Position numbers and translations under genes: made by a program. Shown piece after piece: positions 1 through 12,574 of a stretch of 64,000 bases of DNA. Within the stretch, counting starts at the first letter, position 1; the number at the start of each line of letters is the position of its first letter. This DNA comes from Anthoceros angustus (lineage: Eukaryota; Plantae; Anthocerotophyta): positions 1,984,001 to 2,048,000 of the forward strand of contig MU008161.1 in the NCBI GenBank assembly GCA_010909165.1. Reading direction: 5' to 3'. The notes under the pieces are model-generated. The model was not told the DNA's origin. It made no database searches and saw only the letters and a program-made list of their open reading frames with translations.

Positions 1-2333
1 TTGGTCTACACCTGGCTCTGTGGGTACCTCATCTGACGAGTTCCTAGGTTCAGACACATCTTGTCGTTTAGAACTTTCAAAATGGACAGCAATGTAGGAT
101 AAGTGAGACATCCACTGGTAGAAGGCCACTAATGAGCCACCTGTAGAGAGATGTCGAACGTCCAGCTTCCACTCTTGGGAAGACAGAACGCAGATGTCCC
201 TTAGAACACCACTTCTCATGAGCCACCCAAGAACTAGTGCTGCTCGTCGGAACCACCTGAACATCCACAGGGCATCGATAAGAGCAAAAAAGAAGACGAT
301 TCGGGTTTTCTCGTCATCCATCTCAAGTAGTGCAAGCATGTCCTTTACATTCTCTGCCACCTGTAGCAAGCCAAAAAACGAGCGATAAGGAATTCATTCA
401 GAACAGGAACACTCATTGGAGAACCAGGACCAGGATTGCAGACAATAGTGGACTAACCCAGGAGCTGATTGACAGGCTAGGCAGTTGAGGTACCTTATCG
501 TCACCCAAGACATCTGAAAGCAGAGACAGACAGGTGTGAACCAGCTTGCTCTCAAACTGCTGCAACATGTTTAGAAGGTGGTAGGTGTCCTCGTCATTTC
601 TGGATTTGGCACCTAGTGCTGAGAGAATCACGGCACATGTCACGATGGTTGGCTCATGACCCGCTGCCTTCATCTCAGCTAAGATATCTGCAGCCTTGTT
701 TAGTAGACCATCTTTTAGACAAGCATCGAGGGCCTCTGTAAAGGTTAATACATTACACAGCGATGGGGCCGCCTTCACGGAATCATACACACTGAGTACC
801 TGCACATTCGGAAAGCCATGCCACACCAAGTCAGCCATGCCACATTTGTCAAACCACTAACTTCAGAGCCACAAATATTAAGCATCAGATATCTCTCTTG
901 CAGAAAGTCCATTCACCTTCTCCACAGCACCAACTGCCTTGTAACAGGTCATCAGAGTTGTAAATGTGACAACATTAGGCTGCAAACCAGCTTTAGACAT
1001 CTTTTCCATGATCTGCTGTGCTCCAGAGGGGTTGCACTGATTGCAATACATATCCATCATGGCATTGAAAGTGGAAACAGTAGGCCGGAGTCCAAGTTCC
1101 TCCATTCCCTCAAAAATGCTCTCTGCTTCCTCAAAAAGACCCTGTTGTGTGCAACCAGCAATGAGAATACTGAAAGTGACAGCACTTGGGCGGCATCCTC
1201 TAGCCACCATCTGTCTGTAGACTTTTAATGCTTCACTGATATTCCCTACAAATGCAGAACAGCAGTAATAGATTAGTGGACCTTGAATGTGTGCCCGTAC
1301 AACCAGCCGCCAATGAACTTGATGCAGGAGGTTCATACCCAACATAAAGCTCACCAGCGCAAATATGTACTCTCATAAGTGAAGTGTATGTGACGACTGT
1401 TGGCTTCAACCCCTTCTTCCTCACAAGGTTAAAGAGGTTCACAGCTTCCTTCACATGCTTTCCGGCGACGCAAGCAGAAAGAAGTATGTTGTATGAAATG
1501 ATGTTTGGCTGGATCCCCTCTTCCACCATTTTCTTGAAGAGATGCAAAACACTGGCCAGCGATGTGCCAAGCTTTACACAAGTATCCATCATGATATGGT
1601 AGGTAACCTCATCCCGCTTACAAGGGAGATGCTCCATCTTCTGAAACAATTCAAGAGCTGCTTCCACCCGTCCTGACCTACTGCGAGCATCAAGCACCGC
1701 ATTGAGCAATTCCGTGTCAACCTTCACCTGCAAATCCTCCAAGCTTGAGTAGAGTTTCTCCACCCAATCCAAAGATCTGGGATGACCGAACATGTTGATC
1801 AGAGTTGTGTACAAGTGTGGATCTCTGGAAGCCAACCCCTGAAACTGCATCCAGCGGAAAACCTGCCATGCAATTTCGGGCAAACCTCTCTGCCCTAGAT
1901 CATGGACTACAGCATGCAATGTGCGTTGCAATCTCTCTTGATTATCTGGAGGGGCAACAACTTCAGCGTCCTGTGTCTCAGAATCAACGACTGTGCATTG
2001 ATCTATCCATCTGTGAAGCACATCATCTATAGAACCACCGTCTGGCAAGCTCAGAATCTGAGACACCAGCTTCTCCTTCGCCTCTTGTTTCAGACGCAGC
2101 TCCGCCTTGAATTCCTCAGAGTGGGATTTGACTAACTGGTCTTCAGGAGAACTGCTGTCACCGATCACAGCACCTGATGCCTCATCCGTGTACCTCCTGA
2201 CTCGAGCGTTGCCGAAGCCAGCAGACGGAAAACCATGTGGATTTCTGTGAGCTCTGAAAGCCTTGCAAATGCGGAACACCTGCACCCTGCCGCCACACCT
2301 CAATGCTGACAGCATGAAAGGCGGCAAGACCAT
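1..2333 (-). CDS. P-class pentatricopeptide repeat protein with C-terminal SMR (small MutS-related) domain; multi-exon, 3' end outside window
   Basis: ATG at 2333. Exons in ORFs 1233..2333, 878..1354 and 413..838 carry 35-aa PPR motifs (VTYHIMMDTCVKLG, ISYNILLSACVAGK, VTFSILIAGCTQQG, STFNAMMDMYCNQC). A further exon from ~361 downward reads ...SSQEWKLDVRHLSTGGSLVAFYQWMSHL, matching the plant SMR start LDxRxLSxG. GT-AG junctions seen. Confidence 0.88.
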
Positions 2334-2470
2334 CAGAAGCTGTCCAGATTCTGGTTCTCTCCGATTCCGAACACAACCGCCCTAATCCAGGACCACAAAA
2401 CACAACACCTTTACTGCATCGACTTCCTTCAAGTTTGAAACTTGCAGGTAACAGACACTTCGCATTGGCC
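2334..2470. promoter_or_regulatory. Putative bidirectional promoter/5' UTR region (137 bp between divergent ATGs)
   Basis: ATG of the PPR-SMR gene at 2333 (-) and the likely LPA3 ATG at 2471 (+). Confidence 0.5.
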
Positions 2471-4807
2471 ATGGCTCTCGATGCAAATGTGTGCTCTCTT
2501 CTCTCGTCCTTCTCAGGGACCCAACAGCAGCTGCAGTCTGCTCCTTTCTGCTGCTCTTTCAGACACTCAGCCTGGTCTGGCTCCACCTCTGCACTCCAGC
2601 AGGATGGACCAGGCAGGCGGGTCAGGTTGGCTGCTGCCCAAGGCAACTGCTACGGTGCTTCTTCCGGATTTGTGCGTGATGCTGGCTACTCCCCTGTTAG
2701 CTCGGCCAGGGCCAGCACGCAGCTGACTGACCCATTTCAAGGAGTTGCGGTGTACAAGCCATCGTCTTACGAGGTCATAGTCTCTGGTACGTGAGTGTCT
2801 TCAGGTTGGGATTACACATTCTGAGAGCAGAAAATTCCTTTCCCTCAGACAAGATTTACTCACCTGACCACCTGTGAATTTCAGATGCCGCGAGAGCACT
2901 TGGATATGCGCTGGATGACGGCAAGCTACGACTGGAGATAGAGTTTCCGTAAGTGGGCTTAGTTACCTGACTGTCATTTTACCACCCATCTGCTGGCCTT
3001 GGGTCTGGTATGGATGATGCTGATTGTGATCTCTTCATTTTGCAGTCCTTTGCCAAGCAGCGTGTCTGGGTATAAGGTGCAGTGAAGTCTTGGCCTTTTG
3101 GACATTTCTGTGCAAAACTCTTTCAGGTTTTTGCCGCATAGACCAGTTGTGTGTGGTGGGTGATGTTGAAGTCCTTGGGTGATCGCTGCTCACCTTTTGC
3201 TCATGTGGCACTTGTGCTCTGCTCTTCCAGGGAGCATCTGATGAGTTCATTGAGGCAAACATTCAATTAGCTATAGCTCTTGCTCGGAAGCTGCATGAAA
3301 GCAGGGGTACTGTATCGCAGCTAGTGAGTGTCACTCGGTTTTTGCATTTTTCCCAGAGCTTTGCCTCTGTGGCGGACTAGTATTCTACAGCCTTGACGTC
3401 CTTAATCTGTCATCGGAAGTAGGTGTTTCCTGACAAGCCAGAGAGGAGGCAAGCCTCAAGGACCTTTGGCTCTGCACTTGAGCTTGTGAGTATCAGCGCT
3501 GTCATATCTGTTATGTTGCGCAAGTCGATTGGCTCCCAACTTGAGCTCATTCATTCATGCCCATCCGTCCTGCTGCCTTCCGCTCAGACCAGTGGGATCA
3601 GCTTAGGAACTCTGGAAGATGCGCCAGGCAGTGGCAGCAAGGGTTTTTTGGCATCTATCCGAAATGCTTTGGACTTCGATTTTGGAGAGAACGTTGATGG
3701 TTGGTGCTCTCTGCCTTATTTATGCTCCCTTGTTTTCTGCTTCTGAAGGCCATGCTCAAGTTTACTTCTACACAGCGTTGGACCATAATTGCAGTCTGGT
3801 CGTCTTGCATCAGACAAGTTTCAAGCTGCGGAGCCTCCGTCCTTGTATATCATCATCAACTGCAGCACCACTGACCTGCCAGCGATTGAGCTGTTCACCG
3901 TAAGTTTGCCTTCCTACCTCAGCCTGAGCATATAAAAGCAGTCTAGCGATCTAACGAGGGTGTCTCGCTGACTACGCTGCAGAATACGTTGGGGTCGAGC
4001 ACTCCTGTTGTGTTGTTTAATCTGGAATTGGACACTTTAAGGTAGATATCTAGCCCACAAACTCCTTCTCCATAGTTCAGATTGCAGGTAGTAATCTTTC
4101 CAAATTGCTCTTATGTCATGCAGAGCAGATCTTGGTCTCTTCGGCTTTCCTGGGAAGGATATCCAATATCGCTTCCTGTCCCAATTTCTACCAGCGTTTT
4201 ACATCCGCAAGCGTGATTACTCCAAGGTACCAGACTCCTGCTGCAGCACAAGTGCGTCGTTCACCAAACTGACTCGGTCTCGTGGGTTCAGAGCATTGCC
4301 GTGGCACCGTTTATTCTGAACTACAGTGGTGTCCTGCTCCGACAGTATCCAGGTTCATCGATCAACTCGCTTCGATTGCAGTTCTGCCTGGTGGAAACAC
4401 CGGATGCTCACCTTTTCGTATGCAGGCCCATGGCAGGTCATGTTGCAACAGAATGATGGATCATATGCTTGTGTCTCTGAAGCCAAGGAGCGGTTCACGC
4501 TTGGTCAAGTGAGCAAAGTTGTATCTTCAAAGGATGTAGTCTGTCTGGTTCCCCATGAACGACGATGTATAACTCACAAGGTTTTTGGTAATGGCAGACT
4601 AAGGAGGAATTACTAACATCCATGGGACTGCAAGAAGAGGACCAAACTATGGCCTTTCTCAGAAGGGGCTACAAGGTTTGTACCGTCCTTGCCGTGGTGG
4701 AGTGACTTCGATCGAGCCGAACTGACGTCTGTTCCCCGTGGTGGCAGACATCGACATGGTGGGAAGATGATCTCAGCGAAGAAGAAAGCGCAGAATGGAG
4801 GAGGTAA
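2471..4807 (+). CDS. LPA3: LOW PSII ACCUMULATION 3 (DUF1995) chloroplast PSII assembly factor, multi-exon
   Basis: Spliced exons give [11 protein letters not shown]|[32 protein letters not shown]|[65 protein letters not shown] and [19 protein letters not shown] (TAA 4805-4807). N-terminus resembles a Ser/Ala-rich transit peptide. Confidence 0.9.
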
Positions 4808-5096
4808 TGATGTGAGCCTCCAGATATTTGTTTATGACACAAATAGCTGCTCCAGCCAGCTAGCCATCTACTACTGTCATCTATGAGAAGCCAATATGAA
4901 CTCCCAGTGGAAAGCCACTTCAGTAGTACACAGCTGTATTCAACATACACAGAATAACATATTTCCAGACTCTCTCAGTTGAAGCCGGCGGTGACCAGTA
5001 TCCCCCACGAAGAGATTAACCACGTTGCCAGAAACTTGAATGATGGTTAGAAAATTGAATGCAACCATCATGGATACATATGGCCCCTGAAATTAG

Positions 5097-6953
5097 TTAG
5101 TGTCCTCTGGTCATCTTGATCCTGGGCATGGATTTCTTCAATTGGCGAGCCCGTTGTTTTTCCTCCCGTTTCCGTAGGGCCTCAGGACTCAGGTGGACCT
5201 CCAGATCCTCCAGTGCTTTACGTCTCTCTTCCTTCTTTTTCAGAAGTGCTTCTTGTCGGGCACTTTCGGTCTCCTCCCTAACAATCTTCGACCTGACGTC
5301 CTCTGCTCGGCGGTGTGCCTGAACCCAGAGAATCACGCCTACACAGGTCAGACCCCGAAGTACTTGTCTTTGTAACTGGAACAACAAAACTCAACAAAAC
5401 CTCGCTACCAACCTCTTTGCTGAGCTTGAATCGGCCCACAACATCAATGAAGTAAGGTACAATAGCTATTAGGCGTGTCAGCTCTGTCAGCTCTTCTATT
5501 GGTGGGATGATGAACTTAAAATGGAGAACCTTTCTGTGTTGTCCTCCGGGATACTGATCTGAGAAATGCAACGAGACAAAATACTTGCCATGCTTCGCAA
5601 ACGCTTTCTCTCCGAACAACTGCAAGACAAAAGGCAACAGGTTCCGTTAGCACACCCCTAACATTCCACCAGCAGGCTCCCTTCCACTACGTACAACCTC
5701 AAAGCCTCAAAGTGAAGAACCTGATCAATGATTGCATCCTTCAAGAGATCAGAGGCGATCTCCCGAGATTCACTAATCACCGCCAGCTCGTCCGAAAGAC
5801 CCTTGCGCTGTGCAGAAGACGACAGAACGGTAGCAAGAAGCTGCAAGTCCCTGGCTTCCTTGTGCAAGGACTTGGCAAGCTTCCGCCGAGTGACGGCAAA
5901 CACAAAGGGCTCCATGCTCTCATCGTTCATGTTAACCTCAATCAAAAGCTCATCCTTCTTCGGACTGAGCACATACCACATCCTTGCAATCAGGTCATGC
6001 CGGGACTGCAGATCCATGGTGGCTAACAGCGACTGGCAGTATCTCCTCCCACTCGCATAGAACTTGAAGATGTTCTGGCCCTCCTTCAGCAGCAAAGGAG
6101 AATCCACTCCCTCTCCAGTTCCTAACAAACTAAAATTCTTGTCAAAAACGCTGTCCTTAGCTGCAAAAAGAGCTGCCCACTTCAGGGCAATGTCCTCGTT
6201 CATCTTCCTACCCATATAGTACGTGATTGCAAATACGGTCAGAAATGCTAGTACCGCAGCCTCCATTAAGTAGTACTGCGGGCCCTTGGGAGTGCTGCTT
6301 CCCCGAGCTATGCCACTGTCCTTCCCAGCAGTTTCCTCAGTCTTCACAACCTGCTCCTCCTTTTCCTCCTGCCTATGATCCGGAACCACCTGCTCCTCCA
6401 CAGGAAAGCCTTCAAACTCATCCTCATCCCACCATTCCTGCCGGAGCTTGTTGTCCACCACTGGAGCAGCCACACCTCCACTCGCAGCCTCTGCTCCTCT
6501 GTTGCCCAACATAACACATGAAAACGATACACAACGCAAAGATGAGCTTCAGCTGTGACGACCTGCATGAATACAGATGCCCAGCATCAACAGTCATCCC
6601 TACCTGGAGGGCACACCCGGAGCATCCTCCCCTTGCACTTCCTGCTGCTCTGCAGCGGCAGCAGGAGCTGGAGGCCCACGATCCGTCTCCAGCCCGCGAG
6701 GCTGCGGGACCGGCGGTGGCACCACTATGTGCAGCTCAGGCTCGTCCTCCACCTCTTCCACATCGTCGAATCCCTCGAACTCGGACGCTGCCTGCGCCGC
6801 CAGGATGAACGAGGAGGACCGAGCGATCTCCTGACCCAGCAACATCAGCACTGAAGCCAGCGCCAAGTACCACCACAGCCGCTCCACCGACAATCGGGGG
6901 AGCCATTGCTGCAGCGTCCCACGCCGCCGAACCATTCCCAGCAGCCTCAACAT
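5097..6953 (-). CDS. CCDC47: DUF1682 / CCDC47 (PAT complex subunit)-like ER membrane protein, 4 exons
   Basis: N-terminal hydrophobic signal, acidic WDEDEFEGF, a TM segment (YYLMEAAVLAFLTVFAITYYMG), LLKEGQNIFKFYASGRRYC, and a basic coiled-coil C-terminus ending KKSMPRIKMTRGH*. Confidence 0.85.
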
Positions 6954-7414
6954 CGCGCTCTGTGAAACCCATCACCGTCTCCATCACGATCCAGCTTCAA
7001 TTCTACATCAAACATCAAACCCCCGACGCATCAAGCCAGACTGAGCATCAAGCACCACTTACAGTTGCTGAGATTCCGCTTCCGCTCAGATCCTCCCTGC
7101 TGCCCACTATCGGCCCACTATCTTAATGACAAGCCACTGGCCCATCTCAAGGCAGCTGCAAAACCCTAAGCGAGCTGGGAATCAATTCTATCGGAGTCTG
7201 AATTACAAAACAGGGAGCTGCCAGAATTTCCGGGTCTTTTCTATTTGTCAGGTTGTTGAACAAGCATCTTTCCTTGTTGGTGGGTCGTTGTTACCTTGGA
7301 GGGTTGTTAATTGCTTGTGGTAGATTGACCTGCATTTAGCTCATTGTCGGACGGTGGGTCGTTTGATCAGATATCAGATCTGGGGCCACATCTTCTGTCC
7401 CTTTGCTTGCAAAC
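6954..7414. promoter_or_regulatory. Divergent promoter region between CCDC47-like and ISPD, with GGCCCA/GCCCA site II-like motifs
   Basis: gcccactatcggcccactatc at ~7102-7122 and tggcccat at ~7138; the flanking genes are divergent. Confidence 0.35.
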
Positions 7415-9439
7415 ATGACCATGGAGTGCATTACTGGGATGGCCTTAGCTCCCGGCTCCGCTGCCTTGTCCTCCTCCGCTTTTAGCAGACAACGTTGGCA
7501 ACAAGCAATTGTGTTGAAGACCTTCCCACATTCGCTCCCGTTGCATGCCTTTCAGTCAGGTGGTGGAATTTAGTACACTGTACACATTTGGTACATTCTC
7601 CCCGGGCTGCTCCCGGATTTACCTTGATGGTTGAAATTACAGCTCTTGTAGGTCCTGCCAATGCACAAACATGGAGACCACGGGGGAGACGAGGTTTGGT
7701 CCATCTCCGATTTTTCTCTTCTGCTGACTACAGCTTGGCACATTCCTTGAATAGCTCCAGTGGTTGTTGCCCAGGAGGTACATGCTATGTCCCTTCTCGA
7801 GCTGTTCTGGCAAACGATTCTCCATCTGCAGGCACCAACTCGGACCTGGTGGGGTGCTGACCGGTTGACAAAAGCATGTTCATTCCTTTCCTCTCTCGGA
7901 TCAGACACACATTGGTAATGGGATTTCTCACTGTAGTACTTTGTCTTCTCCAGGTTGTTCCTGACAAGAGTGTTTCAGTCATACTGCTGGCGGGCGGCAA
8001 AGGCAAACGAATGGGGGTAAGTGTGACCGGATTCCCAGATTGTGTTGAATATGGCCCTTTTAGAGAGCAGGAAAGGAGTGCATGACATGGGTGGGGGTGC
8101 ATGAATGGCAGGCCAACATGCCAAAGCAGTATCTCCCTCTTCTGGGTCAACCGATTGCTCTGTACAGGTACTTCATGCCTGGAGTTGGGGCTCTTCTAAT
8201 CACTCCCTTGTGCCGTAGCTAGGAGATAGACCAATCTGACTAAGGTGAAGCTGCTGGGCAGCTTCTTCACATTCGCAGGCATGGCGGAGGTGAAGGAGGT
8301 GGTGGTAGTCTGTGACCCCTCATATCGTGACATCTTTGAAGGTATGCGTGTTTATCTTCCCTCTCTCCTGAACATGGCCTCTCCACTCTCATGCTGTACT
8401 CACAAGAATGCGCTTGCAGAAGCTGGCAAGGACATAACTGTTACCTTGAAGTTCGCTCTACCAGGGAAGGAAAGACAAGATTCTGTTGAAAGTGGATTGA
8501 AGGTTCAGAGACCACAGCATCCCATCCCTCAAGTCACTAAATCACCAAACTGCGTTTGTCTTACTTCTGTCCCCGTTCTCTGCAGGAAATCAGCCCGGGG
8601 TCAAGGCTGGCATGTGTGCACGATTCTGCACGGCCCCTTGTCCTTGCTTCAGACATCAAGAAGGTAGCCACCATACCAACCCATGTCTCCTTGTAAACGA
8701 AAACCACCCAGCGTTCCTATTGTGGAAAGGAGGTTCTGTTGATGTGAATCCAGGTACTGGGTGATGCCTTCATTCACGGAGCTGCTGTTCTTGGTGTGCC
8801 TGTAAAGGCCACAATAAAGGAGGTGACATTTATCGTTCCCACGCTTGTTTGCACTTAGTATCCTCTCCTCGTACTTTCTGCATCCAGCTTACTTCGGGTT
8901 GTTGTCTCCGCACAATCAACAGGCAACTGAAAAACAGTTTGTTGCGAAGACACTGGACAGACGAACTCTCTGGGAAATGCACACTCCTCAGGTACGATTT
9001 TCCGATGAGTCTTCCTACATCCGTCTGGCAGCTTTGGAAACTGAACCTAACTTCACCTCATCCGGCAGGTCATTGAACCAAGCCTGCTTCGGAGGGGATT
9101 TGAGCTTGTGAAAGAGTACGTGACTCTATCTTTGAGGTAAAGATTGAGATGGGGTTTCCTTTCTAACCATCATTTCCGGGTGATTTATTCAGGAAATCCT
9201 TGGAGGTGACTGACGATGTGTCCATCGTCGAGTATCTTAACCATCCAGTGTACATTACTCAAGGGTCTTACACAAATCTTAAGGTGATAATTGCAGGTCA
9301 CTTGAATCTGGTACTAAGGGGAAAATCTGGCAATGCCTATGGTGCTGATCCCTTTTGTTCACAGGTAACCACCCCCGACGACCTCATCGTGGCTGAACGA
9401 ATCCTTCACGGTGAAAGGGGCAAAGTGGCGGCCAGATAG
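7415..9439 (+). CDS. ISPD: 2-C-methyl-D-erythritol 4-phosphate cytidylyltransferase (MEP pathway), plastid-targeted, multi-exon
   Basis: Exons give [16 protein letters not shown]|[84 protein letters not shown] and YTNLK|[14 protein letters not shown]. All junctions checked are GT-AG. First in-frame ATG 7415 (alternative 7421). Confidence 0.95.
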
Positions 9440-9469
9440 TATGTAATCTCGTGTTGGAGAGGAGCCTTC

Positions 9470-10134
9470 ATACACGACGGCAATGTCCGTGCACGATTCG
9501 ACCAGAGACAAACAGAGGGCAGATCCAAATACTTTCAGGTCGATTGTATCCTTTAGACAGCCTAGAAAGTGGTGAACAAGAAGACTCGCGTTAAGACAAG
9601 AATCGCCCACTGCAGAATGTTACTGGTAGACCCCAGAGGCGATGTTACCTGCGCTGGAGCACAGATTCGGCAGTCTTCAAAGTTTCTTTCGCAGCACACA
9701 GAAATATCATTTGCAAGAACACTCACTTCTTTGCGCAACCGGAAACTGTCCTATGGTAATCTCACTAACAGCACCAGCAGCTGGATTTCCTGCTTCAAAT
9801 ACGCCAGTACCAGATTTCGCTTCTGCATCACATTGGCTAACTGATAAGCACCCACAGAGAAACATATCCTACTCTGATGCACAAATTAGCACTGTGACTG
9901 CATTTCCTTCTCTCCAAAGCTGCAACGATTGCAGAATTGCCTCAGATGAACGAGACAGAAAGGGTGCCAAACCTGATACAGCAGCCCCATCCTGTCAAAG
10001 CCACAGCAAGTCCTGGGCTCTATTTGCTCCAGGCTGCAGGTTGGGTTTGCAATCTCACGTGTCGGAGCGTAATGGAGTCAGATCCGATGCAGCAGCTACC
10101 AAGAACCATAGCTCATTGAGAACCAGATCTTGAA
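9470..10134 (-). pseudogene. Degenerate spliced coding remnant of unknown family
   Basis: Exon-like blocks bounded by AG/GT (10059-10134 QDLVLNELWFLVAAASDLTPLRSDT; 9973-9991; block from 9919 LWREGNAV). Downstream frames are interrupted by stops and no family was recognised. Confidence 0.25.
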
Positions 10135-10949
10135 CTGTTCAACGACAAAATTGCTATGAGAATTCTTGCTGGAACAGCAGCAGCAATGTGCATTGATATA
10201 GTGCCTCATCTACTAGAAAAGAAGCAGAGACTCGGTCGGTAGATTTTGACTCAGGCTGAGGTTTCAAATTTCCCTCTCGTGTGCTCACCTAAGACGTTTC
10301 AAATTTCCTTGAAACCACAAGCTACAGCTCTACAACTCCCTTCTTTCCTTCCTTATAACCTCCATGATCCATCACCTGTTCATCCACACAACGAGGCTGT
10401 GAGACGTTTCTCCTGTCAATTGCATGCGAGCCTGAACTTCAAAAAAAAAGGAGGAAAGGAGAAATGAGAAGACCCTAGTAGAACCAAACTGCTGAGCAGA
10501 TCGAAGAAATGACAAGACCCTAAAAGAAGCATGTGCTGCACCAACAGTGTCTAGCTGGAAACGATACCTCACAGTTGATTGAAGGCATTACAGGTAGGTT
10601 GCTTGTGATGGGCCCTGTTTTCACCAGAATATCGTCAAGAACTCGAGAAGAGATCCAAGTCGACCTCTGTCTCCAGCTCCTCCAGGTCGGTCCTCTTCCA
10701 TGCTTACAATCACTGTCAAACCTCTCCGTTTGCCTGCTCCTCTAGCGTGCGAGGCGCCGCGATGCTGCTGGCCAAGGACCCAGCTCCCATTCTGAATGTC
10801 GATCCGTGGAATTGTGAATGTTGAATCACTGGTTGTGATATTTGCAGGAATCCAGGCTGCTTCTTCGGATACTGTGGCCTTTGATAGGATAGGAGTTCAC
10901 GTTTGTGATCAACACACAAATGCCGCTTCGGTACGTTTGCTCAAGGCTG

Positions 10950-11620
10950 CAGGTTGGTTTTGCAGTCTCTCGTGTTGGAGCGTAATGGTGTCAACATGAA
11001 GGCTTCTGGAAGACGTTGTCTTGATTAGTTTGGTAACGGACTGCAGGAGCCGAAAGGGGATCCAACAATCCAAAAAAGGGACCCATCCTTAAAGTTTGAC
11101 CTATCCTTGGAATCTCTGAAAGATTCGTCTCCATGACTGGTGGAGAAAACAACGAGACAGTCGCTCGTAAAATGCAAGGGTCGAACTTTTCCGGCTCTCT
11201 TGCTCACGACTTGGCTCCCCTCAACGTCTGCGCCCTCGGCCTTCTTGCTTGCGATAAGGCTGCATGTGCCTCGACAAGCATTGATCACAAACACCTTGGG
11301 CTTCTTGGCCAGATAAGTGCATTCAGTGATGGGCTTCAAAATATCAACAACAACATAAAGCTTCTCCTGGCCTGTTCCACTTTACAATTATACTTGAGTC
11401 ATATATCTAGCCTCCTGAGAAATTACATACTGTAGATCTGCACATGCCGGACATCTAAAACAGCCTATCCACACACACGTAAATGAGATGTACGAACCTT
11501 GAAACTCGACCTCAGCTTTGGCCAGGTACTCTTTTCGCCCCAAGATGACATGACCATCAATCACGCTGGCACACTCTTTGTTGGCCTTCAAAATAAGTGG
11601 CTTGCCTTGAGCGTTGTCGG
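10950..11620 (-). pseudogene. Caspase-like (clan CD, peptidase C14A-type) p20+p10 domain, frame-disrupted
   Basis: ECTYLAKKPKVFVINACRG (Cys codon 11276-11274). p10-like SDCLVVFSTSHGDESFRDSKD..GSLF at 11165-11073. Upstream QYVIS-CA-GGA-GGC at 11420-11410 becomes SHGG with one added base. Beta1-like QGKPLILKANKE at ~11610. Confidence 0.75.
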
Positions 11621-12574
11621 AGATATCTGCCCAAAACTAAGCGTAGTGTGCATAACCCCTTTCTTTCACGGCAATCACCTTTTTGACGAGCTCATCTGCC
11701 AGGATACACTGGCTTTCCCTGTATCTATAGCGTGAGGGATTCTACACATTCACATCTAAGAACACCTTCAACGAGTGTAACCCCTGGACAACCCTCATAC
11801 GAAGCACAAAATGCACGAATCTGGGGCGTGATATATTCATGCAACAACAATTCAGATCTCAAATAGCCTTCAGCTGATCAGACTAAGATATCTAAGTGGC
11901 AATCTATTTAGGCATTTAATTCCACAAAGATATCAAGAAATCCTGCAGATATGAAAGTCGAGTTGGCTCGCAATTTTGACTATCAGGCTTGGAACCATAA
12001 TTATGGAATAACATCCATTATCGATCTCAAGAAAAAACAATGTAAGTAGTTAGTAACAAGAAAGCATAATATCATCAAGGTTTGAGCATGAAAGACGAGA
12101 GAAACGATGTGGCTAAAGCATTCTTATATACGTGCAAACGAGAGAAAAATCCTAGCGTTCGGGCACGCTAGTTTTCAATCAACTCCTAAATGTGTCTCCT
12201 TCTCCATATGCTCATATGGGTATAAAATAGCGCACTTCACCTCCTTTAACACTATTTTCAAAACAAAGGTGTAATTCAAGCATCAAGTGGATGAATTGTT
12301 CCTCACTTCCAATGGTCATACCAAGCCCAACCTTGCCCAAAGATATTTCTAGAAGCTGCCTCAAGTTGAACCCATCTTTGCTGATAAACCCATTTAGAAG
12401 TTGAAGCCGATCTTTTCATGTTGCGGTTCACCAAAAACTCTCATTCCTAACCACTAGAGGTCTACCACCATAAGATCCGACTGCTTGAAATATATAATCC
12501 CCCCCCGAATCCTTGAGGTATGATGCTACTACTTCCCAAATATCATCTTTTTCAATGAAATCCATGAGAAATAT

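Noticed and set aside
11372-11497. Spliced model of the caspase-like gene using DGHV as the catalytic His (126 bp intron, or 43 and 59 bp micro-introns)
   Set aside because: Possible, but not preferred. GHV is non-canonical, the micro-introns are shorter than the 80-100 bp typical here, and an unspliced alignment recovers a canonical SHG..IY with one base.
12428-12500. GSYGGRPLVV as an NB-ARC GLPL motif (caspase plus STAND NTPase fusion)
   Set aside because: Only a weak single-motif resemblance; no Walker A/B or MHD motif seen.
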